A stretch of 64,000 nucleotides of DNA from Escherichia coli. Its GTDB lineage: Bacteria > Pseudomonadota > Gammaproteobacteria > Enterobacterales > Enterobacteriaceae. Of this stretch, positions 22,586-35,525 are shown piece by piece (the stretch's first letter is position 1; each line of letters begins with the position of its first letter). The notes under the pieces are model-generated. The model did not search any database. It was not told the DNA's origin and was given only the letters and a program-made list of their open reading frames with translations. Made by a program: the position numbers and the translations under genes. The stretch lies in the NCBI RefSeq assembly GCF_044324785.1, contig NZ_CP172127.1; one strand, given 5' to 3'.

Positions 22586-24763
22586 ATGCTGCGATGGAAA
22601 CGCTGTATTATTCTAACATTTATCTCTGGTGCTGCTTTCGCGGCACCAGAGATAAATGTTAAGCAAAACGAATCGTTACCTGATTTAGGTAGCCAGGCAG
22701 CACAGCAGGATGAACAAACCAACAAGGGTAAATCGCTGAAAGAGCGCGGAGCCGATTACGTCATCAACTCCGCCACGCAAGGGTTTGAAAACTTGACCCC
22801 TGAGGCGCTGGAATCTCAGGCCAAAAGCTATCTGCAAAGTCAAATCACCTCAACCGCACAATCTTATATTGAAGACACACTCTCTCCCTACGGTAAGGTC
22901 CGTTCGAACCTCTCCATTGGCCAGGGCGGCGATCTGGATGGCAGTTCCATCGATTATTTTGTTCCCTGGTACGATAATCAAACCACTGTTTATTTCAGTC
23001 AATTTTCTGCGCAACGAAAAGAAGATCGTACAATCGGGAATATTGGTCTTGGAGTAAGACATAATTTTGATGAATGGTTATTGGGTGGAAATATATTTTA
23101 TGATTATGATTTTACCCGAGGACATCGCCGTTTAGGTTTAGGCGGCGAAGCGTGGACTGATTATTTAAAATTCTCTGGCAACTATTATCATCCGCTTTCT
23201 GACTGGAAAGACTCTGAAGATTTCGACTTTTATGAAGAACGCCCTGCGCGCGGCTGGGATATTCGTGCCGAAGCCTGGTTACCTTCTTATCCGCAACTGG
23301 GGGGCAAAGTTGTCTTCGAGCAATATTACGGCGATGAAGTCGCCCTTTTTGGTACGGATAATTTGGAGAAAGATCCCTACGCGGTAACGCTTGGACTGAA
23401 TTATCAACCGGTGCCATTACTGACCGTTGGGACGGATTATAAAGCAGGGACCGGAGATAACAGCGATGTCAGCATTAATGCCACTCTTAATTATCAGTTC
23501 GGCGTTCCGCTAAAAGATCAATTGGATAGCGATAAAGTGAAAGCGGCTCACTCGTTGATGGGCAGTCGTCATGATTTTGTTGAGCGTAATAACTTTATTG
23601 TTCTGGAATACAAAGAAAAAGATCCGCTTGATGTCACCCTGTGGTTAAAAGCGGATGCCACCAACGAGCACCCTGAGTGCGTCATTAAGGACACTCCCGA
23701 AGCGGCCGTCGGGCTGGAAAAATGTAAATGGACCATTAACGCGCTTATCAACCACCACTACAAAATTGTCGCTGCGTCATGGCAGGCGAAAAACAATGCT
23801 GCCCGCACGCTGGTTATGCCGGTTATCAAAGAGAATACCCTGACAGAGGGTAACAATAACCACTGGAACCTGGTGCTGCCCGCCTGGCAGTACAGCTCTG
23901 ACAAAGCCGAACAAGAAAAACTCAATACCTGGCGAGTACGTCTGGCACTGGAAGATGAAAAGGGCAACCGACAGAACTCTGGCATGGTGGAAATCACCGT
24001 TCAGCAGGACCGTAAAATTGAGTTGATTGTTAATAACATCGCGAACGTGCCGGAAGAGAACAACCACAGCCATGAAGCCAGCGCCCAGGCAGATGGCGTT
24101 GATGGTGTGGTGATGGATCTCGATGTAACCGACAGCTTTGGCGATAACACCGACCGCAACGGCGATGCGCTGCCGGAAGATAACCTCACGCCGCAGCTTT
24201 ACGACGCGCAGGACAAACGAGTGACGTTAACCAACAAGCCTTGCTCGACCGACAACCCCTGCGTTTTTATCGCTAAACAAGATAAAGAAAAGGGCACTGT
24301 CACCCTCTCCAGTACCTTACCCGGCACCTATCGCTGGAAAGCAAAAGCCGCGCCCTACGACGACAGTAACTATGTGGATGTCACTTTCCTCGGGACAGAA
24401 ATTGGTGGGCTAAATGCATTTATCTATCGTGTGGGGGCAGCTAAACCCAGCAACCTGATAGGTAAAGATAAAGAACCGCTGCCGCTCAACAACACTTATC
24501 GATTTGTTTTGTGGCGTGACAGCAATAAAGACGGTGTCTTCCAGCAGGTCGAAAAACTGACTGACGAAGAGATGGCGCAGTACGACTACAAGTGGGAATT
24601 TACCGGCAAGAGCATCAATGGTGAAGTGGGTGCACAGGCGAACACATCCAATGAGGACATTGTGATTCCGGCCACTAACCGCGAAGCGGCGCAAACCTAT
24701 GGCGCACAAGCGGGAGATGGCTTGCAGGGATACGGTTTACGCGTGCTGTATACCAAAAAATAA
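22586..24763 (+). CDS. sinH: Inverse autotransporter (intimin/invasin family) adhesin, SinH-like
   Basis: Signal peptide MLRWKRCIILTFISGAAFA. Intimin-type beta-barrel region (DYFVPWYDNQTTVYFSQFSAQRKEDRTIGNIGLGVR...ERPARGWDIRAEAWLP). Short passenger. Confidence 0.8.
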   Translation: MLRWKRCIILTFISGAAFAAPEINVKQNESLPDLGSQAAQQDEQTNKGKSLKERGADYVINSATQGFENLTPEALESQAKSYLQSQITSTAQSYIEDTLSPYGKVRSNLSIGQGGDLDGSSIDYFVPWYDNQTTVYFSQFSAQRKEDRTIGNIGLGVRHNFDEWLLGGNIFYDYDFTRGHRRLGLGGEAWTDYLKFSGNYYHPLSDWKDSEDFDFYEERPARGWDIRAEAWLPSYPQLGGKVVFEQYYGDEVALFGTDNLEKDPYAVTLGLNYQPVPLLTVGTDYKAGTGDNSDVSINATLNYQFGVPLKDQLDSDKVKAAHSLMGSRHDFVERNNFIVLEYKEKDPLDVTLWLKADATNEHPECVIKDTPEAAVGLEKCKWTINALINHHYKIVAASWQAKNNAARTLVMPVIKENTLTEGNNNHWNLVLPAWQYSSDKAEQEKLNTWRVRLALEDEKGNRQNSGMVEITVQQDRKIELIVNNIANVPEENNHSHEASAQADGVDGVVMDLDVTDSFGDNTDRNGDALPEDNLTPQLYDAQDKRVTLTNKPCSTDNPCVFIAKQDKEKGTVTLSSTLPGTYRWKAKAAPYDDSNYVDVTFLGTEIGGLNAFIYRVGAAKPSNLIGKDKEPLPLNNTYRFVLWRDSNKDGVFQQVEKLTDEEMAQYDYKWEFTGKSINGEVGAQANTSNEDIVIPATNREAAQTYGAQAGDGLQGYGLRVLYTKK

Positions 24764-24817
24764 GATTGGCGTAAGGCCAGTCGGCCAGTCGCTGAAGGTT
24801 CATTAAGGAGAGCATCA

Positions 24818-25795
24818 ATGAAGCAGGATAAAAGACGCGGTCTGACCCGGATCGCATTGGCGCTGGCATTGGCAGGTTATTGTGTGGCACCTGTGGCGCT
24901 GGCGGAAGACAGCGCATGGATAGATAGCGGAGAAACCAATATTTTCCAGGGGACCATTCCGTGGCTCTATTCGGAAGGGGGAAACGCTACGACAGATGCC
25001 GACCATGTAACGTTGACTTCTGATCTAAAAGGCGCTCGCCCGACAGGCAGTGAAACGGACAAGCGTCTTTACTCGGGTGATAAATTAACCGTAAGTTGGG
25101 AAATTGGTGATACCGAAGGCGACGTGGATCTTGGGGTATTGGGCGATAACGCAAAGACTATCGATACTATCCGCTGGATGAGCTACAAGGACGCTCAGGG
25201 TGGCGATCCGAAAGCGCTGGCAACGAAGGTGACCAGTTACACTCTTACCGATGACGACCGTGGTCGTTATATCGGTATTGAAATTACGCCAACCACGCAG
25301 ACCGGTACGCCAAACGTCGGGAATGCGCTGCATCTTTATGACGTTTCCACTGCCAGCGGCGGAGGAAGCGACAGTGACAACGTTGCGCCAGGGCCGGTAG
25401 TTAACCAGAACCTGAAAGTCGCCATCTTTGTTGATGGTACCAGTATCAACCTTATCAACGGCAGCACGCCAATCGAACTTGGCAAAACCTACGTGGCCAA
25501 ACTGTACTCGGATGAGAACAAAAACGGGAAGTTTGATGCGGGTACCGATGCTGACGTTACCGCCAATTATGACTTCCGTTGGGTACTTTCTGGCAGCAGC
25601 CAACAGCTCGGCACCTCGGCTGGTATCGTTAACTCAAGCTTCGATAATAACAATCTGGTCATCCCGAAAACCAACGACGAAGCCAGAACCAACCTTAACG
25701 GCCCTGCGCGCGATGGTAAAGAGGCTCTTACCATCCCGACAAACGGCGACGGGGTACAGGGGTACAAACTTCACATTATTTACAAACACAAATAA
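24818..25795 (+). CDS. sinI: Secreted SinI-like protein; C-terminus paralogous to the SinH passenger tip
   Basis: 325 aa, signal peptide ...VAPVALA/EDSAW. The C-terminal ~100 aa align by eye with the SinH C-terminus (TY..L..D.NK.G.F...YD..W..G.S...VIP.TN.EA...GDG.QGY.L..Y..K). Confidence 0.65.
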   Translation: MKQDKRRGLTRIALALALAGYCVAPVALAEDSAWIDSGETNIFQGTIPWLYSEGGNATTDADHVTLTSDLKGARPTGSETDKRLYSGDKLTVSWEIGDTEGDVDLGVLGDNAKTIDTIRWMSYKDAQGGDPKALATKVTSYTLTDDDRGRYIGIEITPTTQTGTPNVGNALHLYDVSTASGGGSDSDNVAPGPVVNQNLKVAIFVDGTSINLINGSTPIELGKTYVAKLYSDENKNGKFDAGTDADVTANYDFRWVLSGSSQQLGTSAGIVNSSFDNNNLVIPKTNDEARTNLNGPARDGKEALTIPTNGDGVQGYKLHIIYKHK

Positions 25796-25806
25796 CGCGT
25801 ACTCAG

Positions 25807-25833
25807 CAGCATTCCCGCAAGGGAATGCTGTTT
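25807..25833 (+). terminator. Intrinsic terminator after sinI
   Basis: 10-bp stem cagcattccc-gcaa-gggaatgctg followed by tttcc. Confidence 0.55.
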
Positions 25834-25836
25834 CCG

Positions 25837-25871
25837 CATATTTTGCTTAATCCCGAATTAAGCAAAATATG
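25837..25871. promoter_or_regulatory. Perfect 15-bp inverted repeat upstream of ratA
   Basis: catattttgcttaat-cccga-attaagcaaaatatg, 45 nt upstream of the ratA ATG. Confidence 0.4.
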
Positions 25872-25915
25872 TTGATGCGACAAGCGTCCGTTTAACAACC
25901 GGTGGAGTTTCTGTC

Positions 25916-28900
25916 ATGTCCCTGACCCTGAATAAAATCCTTGTGTTATGCGCATTGCTGATAAGCGCAATGCTGCCTGGGTGGTCATGGGCAGAATCTG
26001 CATGGCAAGACTCTTCAGATACCGTAGGTGAATTTAACGGTACCGTGCCCACCGCCGACAGTGCCAGCATACCCGTCTACCAGGGCAGTGTTTTTCTGGA
26101 TCCTGCAAAGACGCATGAGGTAGCGTTTACCGCTAAACCGAGTGAATTTAGCGCGGATGTTAGCGTCTCTAAATTGCTCGTCACCAATCCGCAAGACAGA
26201 GAAGGCGATATCATTGCCACCCCACGTTGGGAAAACCAAACGCCACCGACAGTATCTTTAGTTTGGGCGGATGCAGCGACGCCGGACACCTTACTGGACC
26301 CACAGCCAGTCGCAGATCGCTCGTTTTGCGCTCAGGGACTTGCCGGGCGTTCGTTGATCGCCTGGGCGCAGCCAGACTCCCAGCAGACCATGCCTCTGTT
26401 ATATCTACTTACCTCGACGGGCTATCCCTATGAAAGTGTTCTGACGCTCGCCGATCAGAAAGTGACGCTGAAGATTGCGCCCGCGCAGGGTGACCTTATT
26501 TCCGTCAGCGCCGCGGGCTATGACGAATCCTCCGGTGCGGCGAAAACGACGGTTGGCGGCAGTATCACGTTAACGGTCACTACCAAAGATTGCGTCGGTA
26601 ATGTTGTGGGGAATATTCCTTTTGTTATCAAACGCAAAGATGCTGAAAACCGCCAGGGTGTGGTGAACAATACTGCGCCTGTAAAACTGGGCACGACCGA
26701 ATTAACCACCACCGCGACGGAATATCGTGGTACTACCGATGCGAATGGTGTTGCCACGGTTACGGTCACCCAGGCCAACGGCCCTGGTGTAAAAACGCCG
26801 TTGGTCGCGAGCCTCGCGGGTATTGCTCAGACCAGTGAAACGGCAGTGATCTTTACCGTCCTCACCAGCCCGGATGTCCCGCAGGCTACAATGTGGGGTC
26901 ATATGCCCGATACGCTGAAGGCCCGTGATTACACTTTTAGTCGACCAAAACTGGCGACGGAAGTCGATAATGAAGACGGTACGGTTAACGATCACAATGA
27001 AACCTGGTCCACCTTTACCTGGAGCGGCGCGGATAAACATTGCGACATTTTGCCCGGAATGCGTCAGTTCGGTGCGCTGGCGACGGTGGTGCCAACGTCA
27101 GTGCAGGATGTGGCTGGTTGGCCGATTCAGGGTAACTACTACTGGTCATCACTGGCGGGAATGACCGGACAACACCACGCGACAGATGTTTCCAACCGTA
27201 GCGAAGCGCAAAAACCGGACGATACGACGTTTATTGTGAGCTGTGTCGATAAAGAAGCGCCCGATGTTGAACCGAAGCTGGTACTGACGCCGGGCAGTTA
27301 TGATTCGACGATAAAAGCGATGAAAGTAAAGGTGGGGGAAGAGGCTTCTTTACGCCTGACGATTACCGATAGCAAGAACAACGATCAGCCGCTGGCGTAC
27401 TACTACTTTTCGCTGCATCTGGATGACGGCATTAACCGTAAGAATCAAACTGACGCCGCGTGGGAGACGCACCCGGTACAAATTGATGGCGGCAGTAACG
27501 TTCGCAAAGTTGACGCCCATACCTATGAAGGGATCACTGATGCTAACGGAGAGGCCTCTCTGACGCTGACCCAGCCAGGCGGCGTGGGGGTGAAAACTCA
27601 CATCACCGCGAAAATGCGCAGCGATTTTACCGCCTCGGATGAGAAAGACGTTATTTTTACGGTGATCACCAGCCCTGATTCCGACAAAGCGCGGATGTGG
27701 GGACATATGTTAGGCATTATTGAAGCGAACAATATCTTTAAACGCCCACGGCTGGCGGATGAAACCGACAACGAACTGGGAGCAGTGCGGGAAAATAACG
27801 AAGACTGGGCGCTGTTTGATCAGAATAGCAGTATGCAGGCTGAGTGTGGTTTAGGTCATATTCCGAGCCAAAGCTCATTGCACAGTTTGTTTGCCGCACA
27901 TCCAGGCAATGTCATCGGCACCGAATATGGCTGGCCAACGTTGCAAAAAGCGTATCTTAGTGCGGTGGAAGAGACGTCGCACGCGTCGGTGAACCTGGCC
28001 ACGGGCAATATCGACACCTATTCCGGCTTTAAGCAAAACTACCTTTCCTGTTCGGGCAATGAGATGGTTGCCCAGATTGCCGCGACCACCGATCGCGATG
28101 TTTCCACAGGCAGCAGAGCGCAGGCGAAAGTGGGTGAAACGATTACCATGACGGTACGCACCTTTAATGCCTTGAATAATGCGCCCGTGCCGTATACCGC
28201 GTTCACCATCACGAAAGATATGGGGAAAAATCGTCAGGGGCAGACCACGGGTTTCGATGATCCAACCCGCGGCGCAATCGAGATGAATGGCTCGCTCTAC
28301 GGAACATCGCAACCGTCTTTAGTCTATGCAGGTACTACGGATGCGCAGGGTTTTGCTACTGTGGAAATTAAGCAACCGCAAGGTGTGGGCTTAGCGACGC
28401 CGCTGAATATTGCGCCTGTAAACTCCTATATTCCCAATACTGTTAATTACAATGTGATTTTCACTACGCTCACCAGTCCGGATGCGGTTGGCGCGCAGAT
28501 GTGGGGGCATATGGATGAGACGATTACCGTCGATGCATTAACCTTTGCCCGACCCCGGCTGGCTGCGGAAGTGTCCAGCCCGGACGGCACATTAACGGAA
28601 AATAACGAAGTGTGGTCGCGCGTTAGCCAGGCCAACACTTCCAGCACCAGTAAAGGTGGCTGTGGTGCCAATATGCTCCCACGCCGTTCCCAGCTTAACG
28701 CGCTCTATGATGCTAACAGCGGTAACGCCGTTCAAACGGTACACGGTTGGCCAACGCAGCGTCAGCCCTACTGGAGCAGTTCGCCCGCAGATCAGGTGCC
28801 GCATTACTACACCATAGCCCTCAACGATGGCGCGCGGACCGTTGGCGGTAGCACGGCGGTTTATGTCAGTTGCCTGACGACGGCTAACAATCCTGCCAGC

Positions 28901-31900
28901 AGCATTACGCTGGAAGTGGTGGACCCGGCGCAGTGGAACGCTGCAGCAAATGCGGCGAAGCTGAAAAAAGGCGAAACGCTACAGGTGAAGGTGACGGTAA
29001 AAGATGCTCAGGGCAATCCATTGGGTGATATGCCTTTTACCCTGAAGCGTGGCGATGGTTATACCCGATCAAACGAAAAACACATTGCCGGTAGCGGTGA
29101 TGCGCTGGTTGCGCCGGTTGTGATCAATAGTGGCCTGGCGGATGAAACTTCGCTCAATGATACCGCCGCAGCATACAGCGCGATGACCGGCAGCGATGGC
29201 ACTAAAATTCTCACTATTACCCGCCCGGATACCCATGGCACGAAAACGTCGCTGACCGCCGCGCTCTATTCAGACACAACGAAAAAAGCGACTCTCGATA
29301 CCATTTTTACCGTTGTCACCAGCCCGGACAGCAATAAAGCGAAAATGTGGGGGCATATGCCGGAAACGGTGACGGCTGCGGATGGAACGGTCTTTAAACG
29401 CCCATTATTGTTGAAAGAGTTATCCAGTACGTCGGGTCGAACAGCGATTGCAGAAGAGAATGAGGACTGGGCGCAATTTACCCAAACTCAGGCGACAAGC
29501 ACATCCTCTAATGGTTGCGGTAGTGAATATGTTCCCTCTCAGGCCGGGCTGGGGTCATTGTATGAAGCCAACCGCGGCAATGCGATGAAAACGGTTCAGG
29601 GCTGGCCCGTAGTCTCAAGTTACCTTTCCAGCACGACAGGCAGCAGTAGTCTGGAACAGCGTGACTTCAAGGCCGTCAATCTCAGTTCAGGCACCAGTTC
29701 GATAATTCCATCGGCCACAAAAGAACTGCTTACCTGCCAGACGACGCCGATCGTTAAGGCAAGCCAAATCGTTCTTGAGGCTGCGGACCCTACAAAATTT
29801 GACAGTACGAATAATGTTGTCAAAGCGAAAAAAGGGGAAGAAGTCGTGGTTCGCGTGACCACTAAAGATTCGCAGGGTAACCCGGTGGGAAATACCGCGT
29901 TTACGCTTAAACGTAACCTTAGCGTCAATCGGGCAAATGCGTCTACAACGGTGACAGCAGGCGCGCTCATCGTGACGGATGCCTGGGGTAACACGCAGAG
30001 TAATTTTTCCTCAACAACAGCACTGATTTATGGCGTTACCGGCGCAGATGGTACGACAACACTTGCACTGAAACAGGACAATACCACGGGTTTAAAAACC
30101 GAACTGACCGCCATGCTGGATACAGATAATAACGTAAAATCAATGCTTCCGGTGGTCTTTACGGTGATAACCAGCCCCGATACCCCTAAAGCAAAATTCT
30201 GGGGGCATATGGCCGAAACGATGACCGGTGCAGGCGGGCTTATTTATAAAAGACCGTTATTGCAAGATGAGCTTTCCGTTACAACCAGTCGAAGCTCTTT
30301 TCAGGAAGATGGAGAGAGCTGGTCACTGTTCTCGCCGGACCAGTCGAACAACACATCTGTAAATGGTTGCGGTGCAGGATATGTCCCGGTTGAAAGTGAG
30401 CTGGAGTCACTGTATGCCGATGAAGGTTACGTGCCAATACATGACGTTACGGGATGGCCTGTATCACGCGCCTATATCTCCAGTACGGTTGTTGCCTATT
30501 ACACTCAAACATTTAATTTTAAAGCGGTTTCGTTGAAGACTGGTTATAAATCGGAGGTCATGTCAAGCAGTATAGGACTGCTAAGTTGTCGGGCTACCCC
30601 AGTGGCGGTGACCAGCCACATTATTGTTGAAGCGAACGATGCGACACAATTTGTCAAAGTTGACGAAACCCTCAGCGCACTAAAACAGAAAAAAGGTGAC
30701 GACGCGGTGATTCGCGTGGTGACCAAAGATGCGCAGGGAAATGTCGTACCAAATGTTCCGTTTATTCTCAAACGTGAAGGATCGACAAATCGCCAGAATG
30801 TACAGTTGTCGAACAGAACTATCACTGTAATCAACGCTGCGGGAACGTCGGCAAGAGTGGATACTCCATCAATCTCCCTTTATGCGGTGACAGGTGCAGA
30901 CGGGACAGCCACGTTTACGGTAAAGCAGGATGATTCTATAGGCCTGGTAACCAATGTGTACGCTCAGGCCTATCAGTCGAGCCTGGAATCCAACAAATTA
31001 CCCGTGATGTTTACCGTGATAACCAGCCCGGATACCCCCCTGGCAAGTTACTGGGGGCATATGGCGGAAACGTTCACTACGCGTTCCGGGATTGCCTTCA
31101 AACGCCCCTTACTCTCTGCTGAAAGATCGTCGGGCCAGTCGTTTATAGAAGACAATGAAGAGTGGGCCGTGTTGAAATCGGCAACAAAGGGGGATGCAGA
31201 TAAAAGCGGGTGCGATGTACATTATCAACCGCTGTTAAGCGAACTCCAGGCATTGTACGACGAACACCCAAGTCGTGCGATAAAGACCGATCTGGGTATT
31301 CCAGTGAATAGCTACTGGTGGGCTTACGACATGGTGGCATATGCGGGTAAGTGGTACGATCAATATATTTCTCTGTTAAATGGATCAAGTGGAAGAGCGT
31401 CTTCAACCACCTCGGCATTAATGCTGTGCCTGGTAAACCCTCATCCAGAGGCGGCTTCTATTGAGATGACCTCAACGGCAGAGGATGCAACGAAAACGGC
31501 GAGCAATGATGGCAGGCCCAGCGCAACGGCGAAGAAGGGAGAGGTTATCCCGATGATGGTTACGGTGCGGGATAGCGCAGGCAATCCACTGCCAGGTGCC
31601 AGCTTTAACCTTAAACGTGGGACTGCGCTGAATCGCGCTAAAGCTGCGTACGATGCCTCTGCAGATGATCTTACCATCGTGCCTTTGGAGCCTACCGGGG
31701 TAACGTCAATCTTGTATGAGGATGGGACGCAGGCTCTTCTGAAGACAGGAAGCGATGGTAAAGCTACTTTTGAGGTCAGCCAAAACGGCAGTTATGGGTT
31801 CGCAATCCCGCTCACTGCAACATTGATGCGCGACACCTCAAAAAGCGCCACGCTGGATGTCATTTTCACGGTGATAACCAGCCCGGATTCGCCAAAAGCG

Positions 31901-33955
31901 AAATACTGGGGCCATATGCCGGAAACGTTTACCAGCTCGGCAGGCGTGACCTTCAAGCGCCCATTACTGGCAGCGGAAGCGACTACGGGGAGCTCGGTAA
32001 ACGGTAATAATGAGACATGGTCATATATATATAGTACTCAAAAAGCGACGGCAGATTGTTCGCTGGAATATCAACCGCGCCTCAGCGAGTTGCAGGGGCT
32101 TTATAACGATCACCCTAACGGGGCGATAACGACAGATCTGGGGGTGCCGACAACAGCCGGAAACTGGTGGACTTATGAGCTTACTCTTAGTGGCACGTCC
32201 TGGTATTATCAGGTCATTAACCTGAAAACAGGACAACCTTCGTCTTCTTTCACTGCGTCTGCTCAGATGCTTTGTCTGACGCAGCCTCACGCTTTATCAT
32301 CAAGCGTGACCCTCACGTCAGCCGCATTTGATGAGACGAAAACCGCCAGTAACGGCGGCACACCTTCGGCATCGGCGAAAAAGGGCGAGACAATCCCGTT
32401 AGTCGTGACAGTAAAAGACCAAAATGGCAACCTGGTGAGTGGTGAGGGCGTGACGCTTCAGCGGGCGCAGGCGAAAAGTCGTTCAGGAATTAGGCCCTCA
32501 TCGTCGGCAGATGATCTTATTGTAGATGTCGTCACACCGACAGCAGCCCGTATTTCCTTTGCTCAGGATACGGCAAAATGGCTTGGTTTTACCGGCAGTG
32601 ATGGCACAGTAACATTCAATGTAACGCAAAACGCCACCACCGGCCTGGCAACGCCGTTTACGGTCTCGCTTGCACAAGATCCGCAGCTCACGTCAAACCT
32701 GGACCTGATATTTACCGTGGTCACCAGCCCTGACTCCCTGGATGCCAACTACTGGGGCCATATGCCAGAAACGGTGACAGCGGCAAATGGAACCGTCTTT
32801 GAACGATCGAAATTGTGGAAGGAGCTGCCATCGACCTCCGGGGTAAATAAAACCAATAACAATAATGAGGACTGGCCCTATTTTTCGTCAACCACTAAAG
32901 CAAATTCCAGCCTCAGCCCTTGTGAGGAAGCCCGGCAACCGTTGCTCAGCGATATGAAGTCACTGTATCAACGTTATCCCAATAACACCCTTACGACGGA
33001 AACTGGCTGGTCAGTTTATTATTACTGGTGGGCGCAGGATAAGACTACAGATGGTAAAAATCAGTCACTCAATATGAAAGATGGCACAACGACATTGAAT
33101 GGTAATGCCGCTTATCAGGCGTGTCTGGTGTCTGCACGCGCGACGGTTTCCAGCGTCACACTGACCTCAACAGCGTTTGATGCTGACAGCCAGGCGGCGA
33201 AAGTGAAAAAAGGCGAAGCCATGCCCGTTACCGTGACGGTGAAAGACAGCGCCGGGAATACGGTGCCGAATGTGGAATTTACTTTGAAACGCGGTGAGGC
33301 ATCGCCGCGTAACGCTGGGGCAACGTTGTATGGTGATGTGGTGGCGATGGACGATCTCATCGTTCAGCCGTTATCTGGTTCGGCTGTTACGCTGAGTGAA
33401 AGCGGTAATACCATTAGTGGCATGACAGGCGCGGATGGGACGGCAAGTTTTACGCTCCGCCAGGATAATACCCCTGGTTATAAAACGCCACTGACGGTTA
33501 CTCTGGCTAATTACGCTTCCGCGACAGACACGCTGGACGCTATTTTTACGGTACCAACCAGCCCGAATGTTTCCTCGGCGCACTTTTGGGGACATATGGC
33601 AGACACTGCAGTGGTGAATGGTAAATCGCTACATCGACCGTTGTTAACGACAGAATTGCCGTCCGGGGCTAATCCCGTATCCTCACCGATTATTAACTAC
33701 GAAAACTGGGCTTCTGCACATATCATTGATGCCAGTAAATGGGATATTGCAAGACAGTGTGGCAGCATAGAAAATGCACCGACATACAATGAATTAGAGT
33801 TGTTGCACACTGTTTTTAATTCACTGGGATGGCCGTCTTCACCAAGTTTTCCTTATTTGTCCTCTCAACAGTGTGGGATGGACGAAGGCACTGGAGCACA
33901 GGATTGTAGTATCACGCTAATGAATAAACCGGGTCTGGTGACCTGCTTCCAGTAA
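25916..33955 (+). CDS. ratA: Giant repetitive surface protein, RatA-like (Ig-like plus lectin-like module repeats)
   Basis: 2679 aa; signal peptide ...[11 protein letters not shown]; nine repeats marked by FT(V/T)xTSP(D/N)...WGHM. Follows sinH-sinI as in CS54. Confidence 0.75.
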   Translation: MSLTLNKILVLCALLISAMLPGWSWAESAWQDSSDTVGEFNGTVPTADSASIPVYQGSVFLDPAKTHEVAFTAKPSEFSADVSVSKLLVTNPQDREGDIIATPRWENQTPPTVSLVWADAATPDTLLDPQPVADRSFCAQGLAGRSLIAWAQPDSQQTMPLLYLLTSTGYPYESVLTLADQKVTLKIAPAQGDLISVSAAGYDESSGAAKTTVGGSITLTVTTKDCVGNVVGNIPFVIKRKDAENRQGVVNNTAPVKLGTTELTTTATEYRGTTDANGVATVTVTQANGPGVKTPLVASLAGIAQTSETAVIFTVLTSPDVPQATMWGHMPDTLKARDYTFSRPKLATEVDNEDGTVNDHNETWSTFTWSGADKHCDILPGMRQFGALATVVPTSVQDVAGWPIQGNYYWSSLAGMTGQHHATDVSNRSEAQKPDDTTFIVSCVDKEAPDVEPKLVLTPGSYDSTIKAMKVKVGEEASLRLTITDSKNNDQPLAYYYFSLHLDDGINRKNQTDAAWETHPVQIDGGSNVRKVDAHTYEGITDANGEASLTLTQPGGVGVKTHITAKMRSDFTASDEKDVIFTVITSPDSDKARMWGHMLGIIEANNIFKRPRLADETDNELGAVRENNEDWALFDQNSSMQAECGLGHIPSQSSLHSLFAAHPGNVIGTEYGWPTLQKAYLSAVEETSHASVNLATGNIDTYSGFKQNYLSCSGNEMVAQIAATTDRDVSTGSRAQAKVGETITMTVRTFNALNNAPVPYTAFTITKDMGKNRQGQTTGFDDPTRGAIEMNGSLYGTSQPSLVYAGTTDAQGFATVEIKQPQGVGLATPLNIAPVNSYIPNTVNYNVIFTTLTSPDAVGAQMWGHMDETITVDALTFARPRLAAEVSSPDGTLTENNEVWSRVSQANTSSTSKGGCGANMLPRRSQLNALYDANSGNAVQTVHGWPTQRQPYWSSSPADQVPHYYTIALNDGARTVGGSTAVYVSCLTTANNPASSITLEVVDPAQWNAAANAAKLKKGETLQVKVTVKDAQGNPLGDMPFTLKRGDGYTRSNEKHIAGSGDALVAPVVINSGLADETSLNDTAAAYSAMTGSDGTKILTITRPDTHGTKTSLTAALYSDTTKKATLDTIFTVVTSPDSNKAKMWGHMPETVTAADGTVFKRPLLLKELSSTSGRTAIAEENEDWAQFTQTQATSTSSNGCGSEYVPSQAGLGSLYEANRGNAMKTVQGWPVVSSYLSSTTGSSSLEQRDFKAVNLSSGTSSIIPSATKELLTCQTTPIVKASQIVLEAADPTKFDSTNNVVKAKKGEEVVVRVTTKDSQGNPVGNTAFTLKRNLSVNRANASTTVTAGALIVTDAWGNTQSNFSSTTALIYGVTGADGTTTLALKQDNTTGLKTELTAMLDTDNNVKSMLPVVFTVITSPDTPKAKFWGHMAETMTGAGGLIYKRPLLQDELSVTTSRSSFQEDGESWSLFSPDQSNNTSVNGCGAGYVPVESELESLYADEGYVPIHDVTGWPVSRAYISSTVVAYYTQTFNFKAVSLKTGYKSEVMSSSIGLLSCRATPVAVTSHIIVEANDATQFVKVDETLSALKQKKGDDAVIRVVTKDAQGNVVPNVPFILKREGSTNRQNVQLSNRTITVINAAGTSARVDTPSISLYAVTGADGTATFTVKQDDSIGLVTNVYAQAYQSSLESNKLPVMFTVITSPDTPLASYWGHMAETFTTRSGIAFKRPLLSAERSSGQSFIEDNEEWAVLKSATKGDADKSGCDVHYQPLLSELQALYDEHPSRAIKTDLGIPVNSYWWAYDMVAYAGKWYDQYISLLNGSSGRASSTTSALMLCLVNPHPEAASIEMTSTAEDATKTASNDGRPSATAKKGEVIPMMVTVRDSAGNPLPGASFNLKRGTALNRAKAAYDASADDLTIVPLEPTGVTSILYEDGTQALLKTGSDGKATFEVSQNGSYGFAIPLTATLMRDTSKSATLDVIFTVITSPDSPKAKYWGHMPETFTSSAGVTFKRPLLAAEATTGSSVNGNNETWSYIYSTQKATADCSLEYQPRLSELQGLYNDHPNGAITTDLGVPTTAGNWWTYELTLSGTSWYYQVINLKTGQPSSSFTASAQMLCLTQPHALSSSVTLTSAAFDETKTASNGGTPSASAKKGETIPLVVTVKDQNGNLVSGEGVTLQRAQAKSRSGIRPSSSADDLIVDVVTPTAARISFAQDTAKWLGFTGSDGTVTFNVTQNATTGLATPFTVSLAQDPQLTSNLDLIFTVVTSPDSLDANYWGHMPETVTAANGTVFERSKLWKELPSTSGVNKTNNNNEDWPYFSSTTKANSSLSPCEEARQPLLSDMKSLYQRYPNNTLTTETGWSVYYYWWAQDKTTDGKNQSLNMKDGTTTLNGNAAYQACLVSARATVSSVTLTSTAFDADSQAAKVKKGEAMPVTVTVKDSAGNTVPNVEFTLKRGEASPRNAGATLYGDVVAMDDLIVQPLSGSAVTLSESGNTISGMTGADGTASFTLRQDNTPGYKTPLTVTLANYASATDTLDAIFTVPTSPNVSSAHFWGHMADTAVVNGKSLHRPLLTTELPSGANPVSSPIINYENWASAHIIDASKWDIARQCGSIENAPTYNELELLHTVFNSLGWPSSPSFPYLSSQQCGMDEGTGAQDCSITLMNKPGLVTCFQ
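26500..33600 (+). repeat. Nine in-frame ~800-855-bp tandem repeat units within ratA
   Basis: The accagcccggat (TSPD) landmark recurs near 26865, 27667, 28472, 29318, 30170, 31022, 31876, 32723 and 33556. Confidence 0.8.
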
Positions 33956-33993
33956 CCAGCATGGCGCATCTGGCGTGGCCTGGGAGCTACGAA

Positions 33994-35394
<1,401 letters not shown>

Positions 35395-35476
35395 TTATTC
35401 AGTCGATAGTAACCCGCCCTTCGGGGATAGCAAGCATTTTTTGCAAAAAGGGGTAGATGCAATCGGTTACGCTCTG

Positions 35477-35482
35477 TATAAT
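35477..35482 (+). promoter_or_regulatory. guaBA promoter -10 hexamer (TATAAT) with GC-rich discriminator
   Basis: ctctgTATAATgccgcgg lies 44 nt upstream of the guaB ATG. Consensus hexamer followed by gccgcgg. Confidence 0.5.
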
Positions 35483-35525
35483 GCCGCGGCAATATTTATT
35501 AACCACTCTGGTCGAGATATTGCCC

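Larger units (their letters stand above)
22377..33993. other. Adhesin island (sinH-sinI-ratA; CS54-like) inserted between yfgJ and xseA
   Basis: K-12 gene order (from memory) has yfgJ next to xseA. Here 11.6 kb intervene, starting with a very AT-rich 200-bp leader (22380-22585). No mobility genes. Confidence 0.7.
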
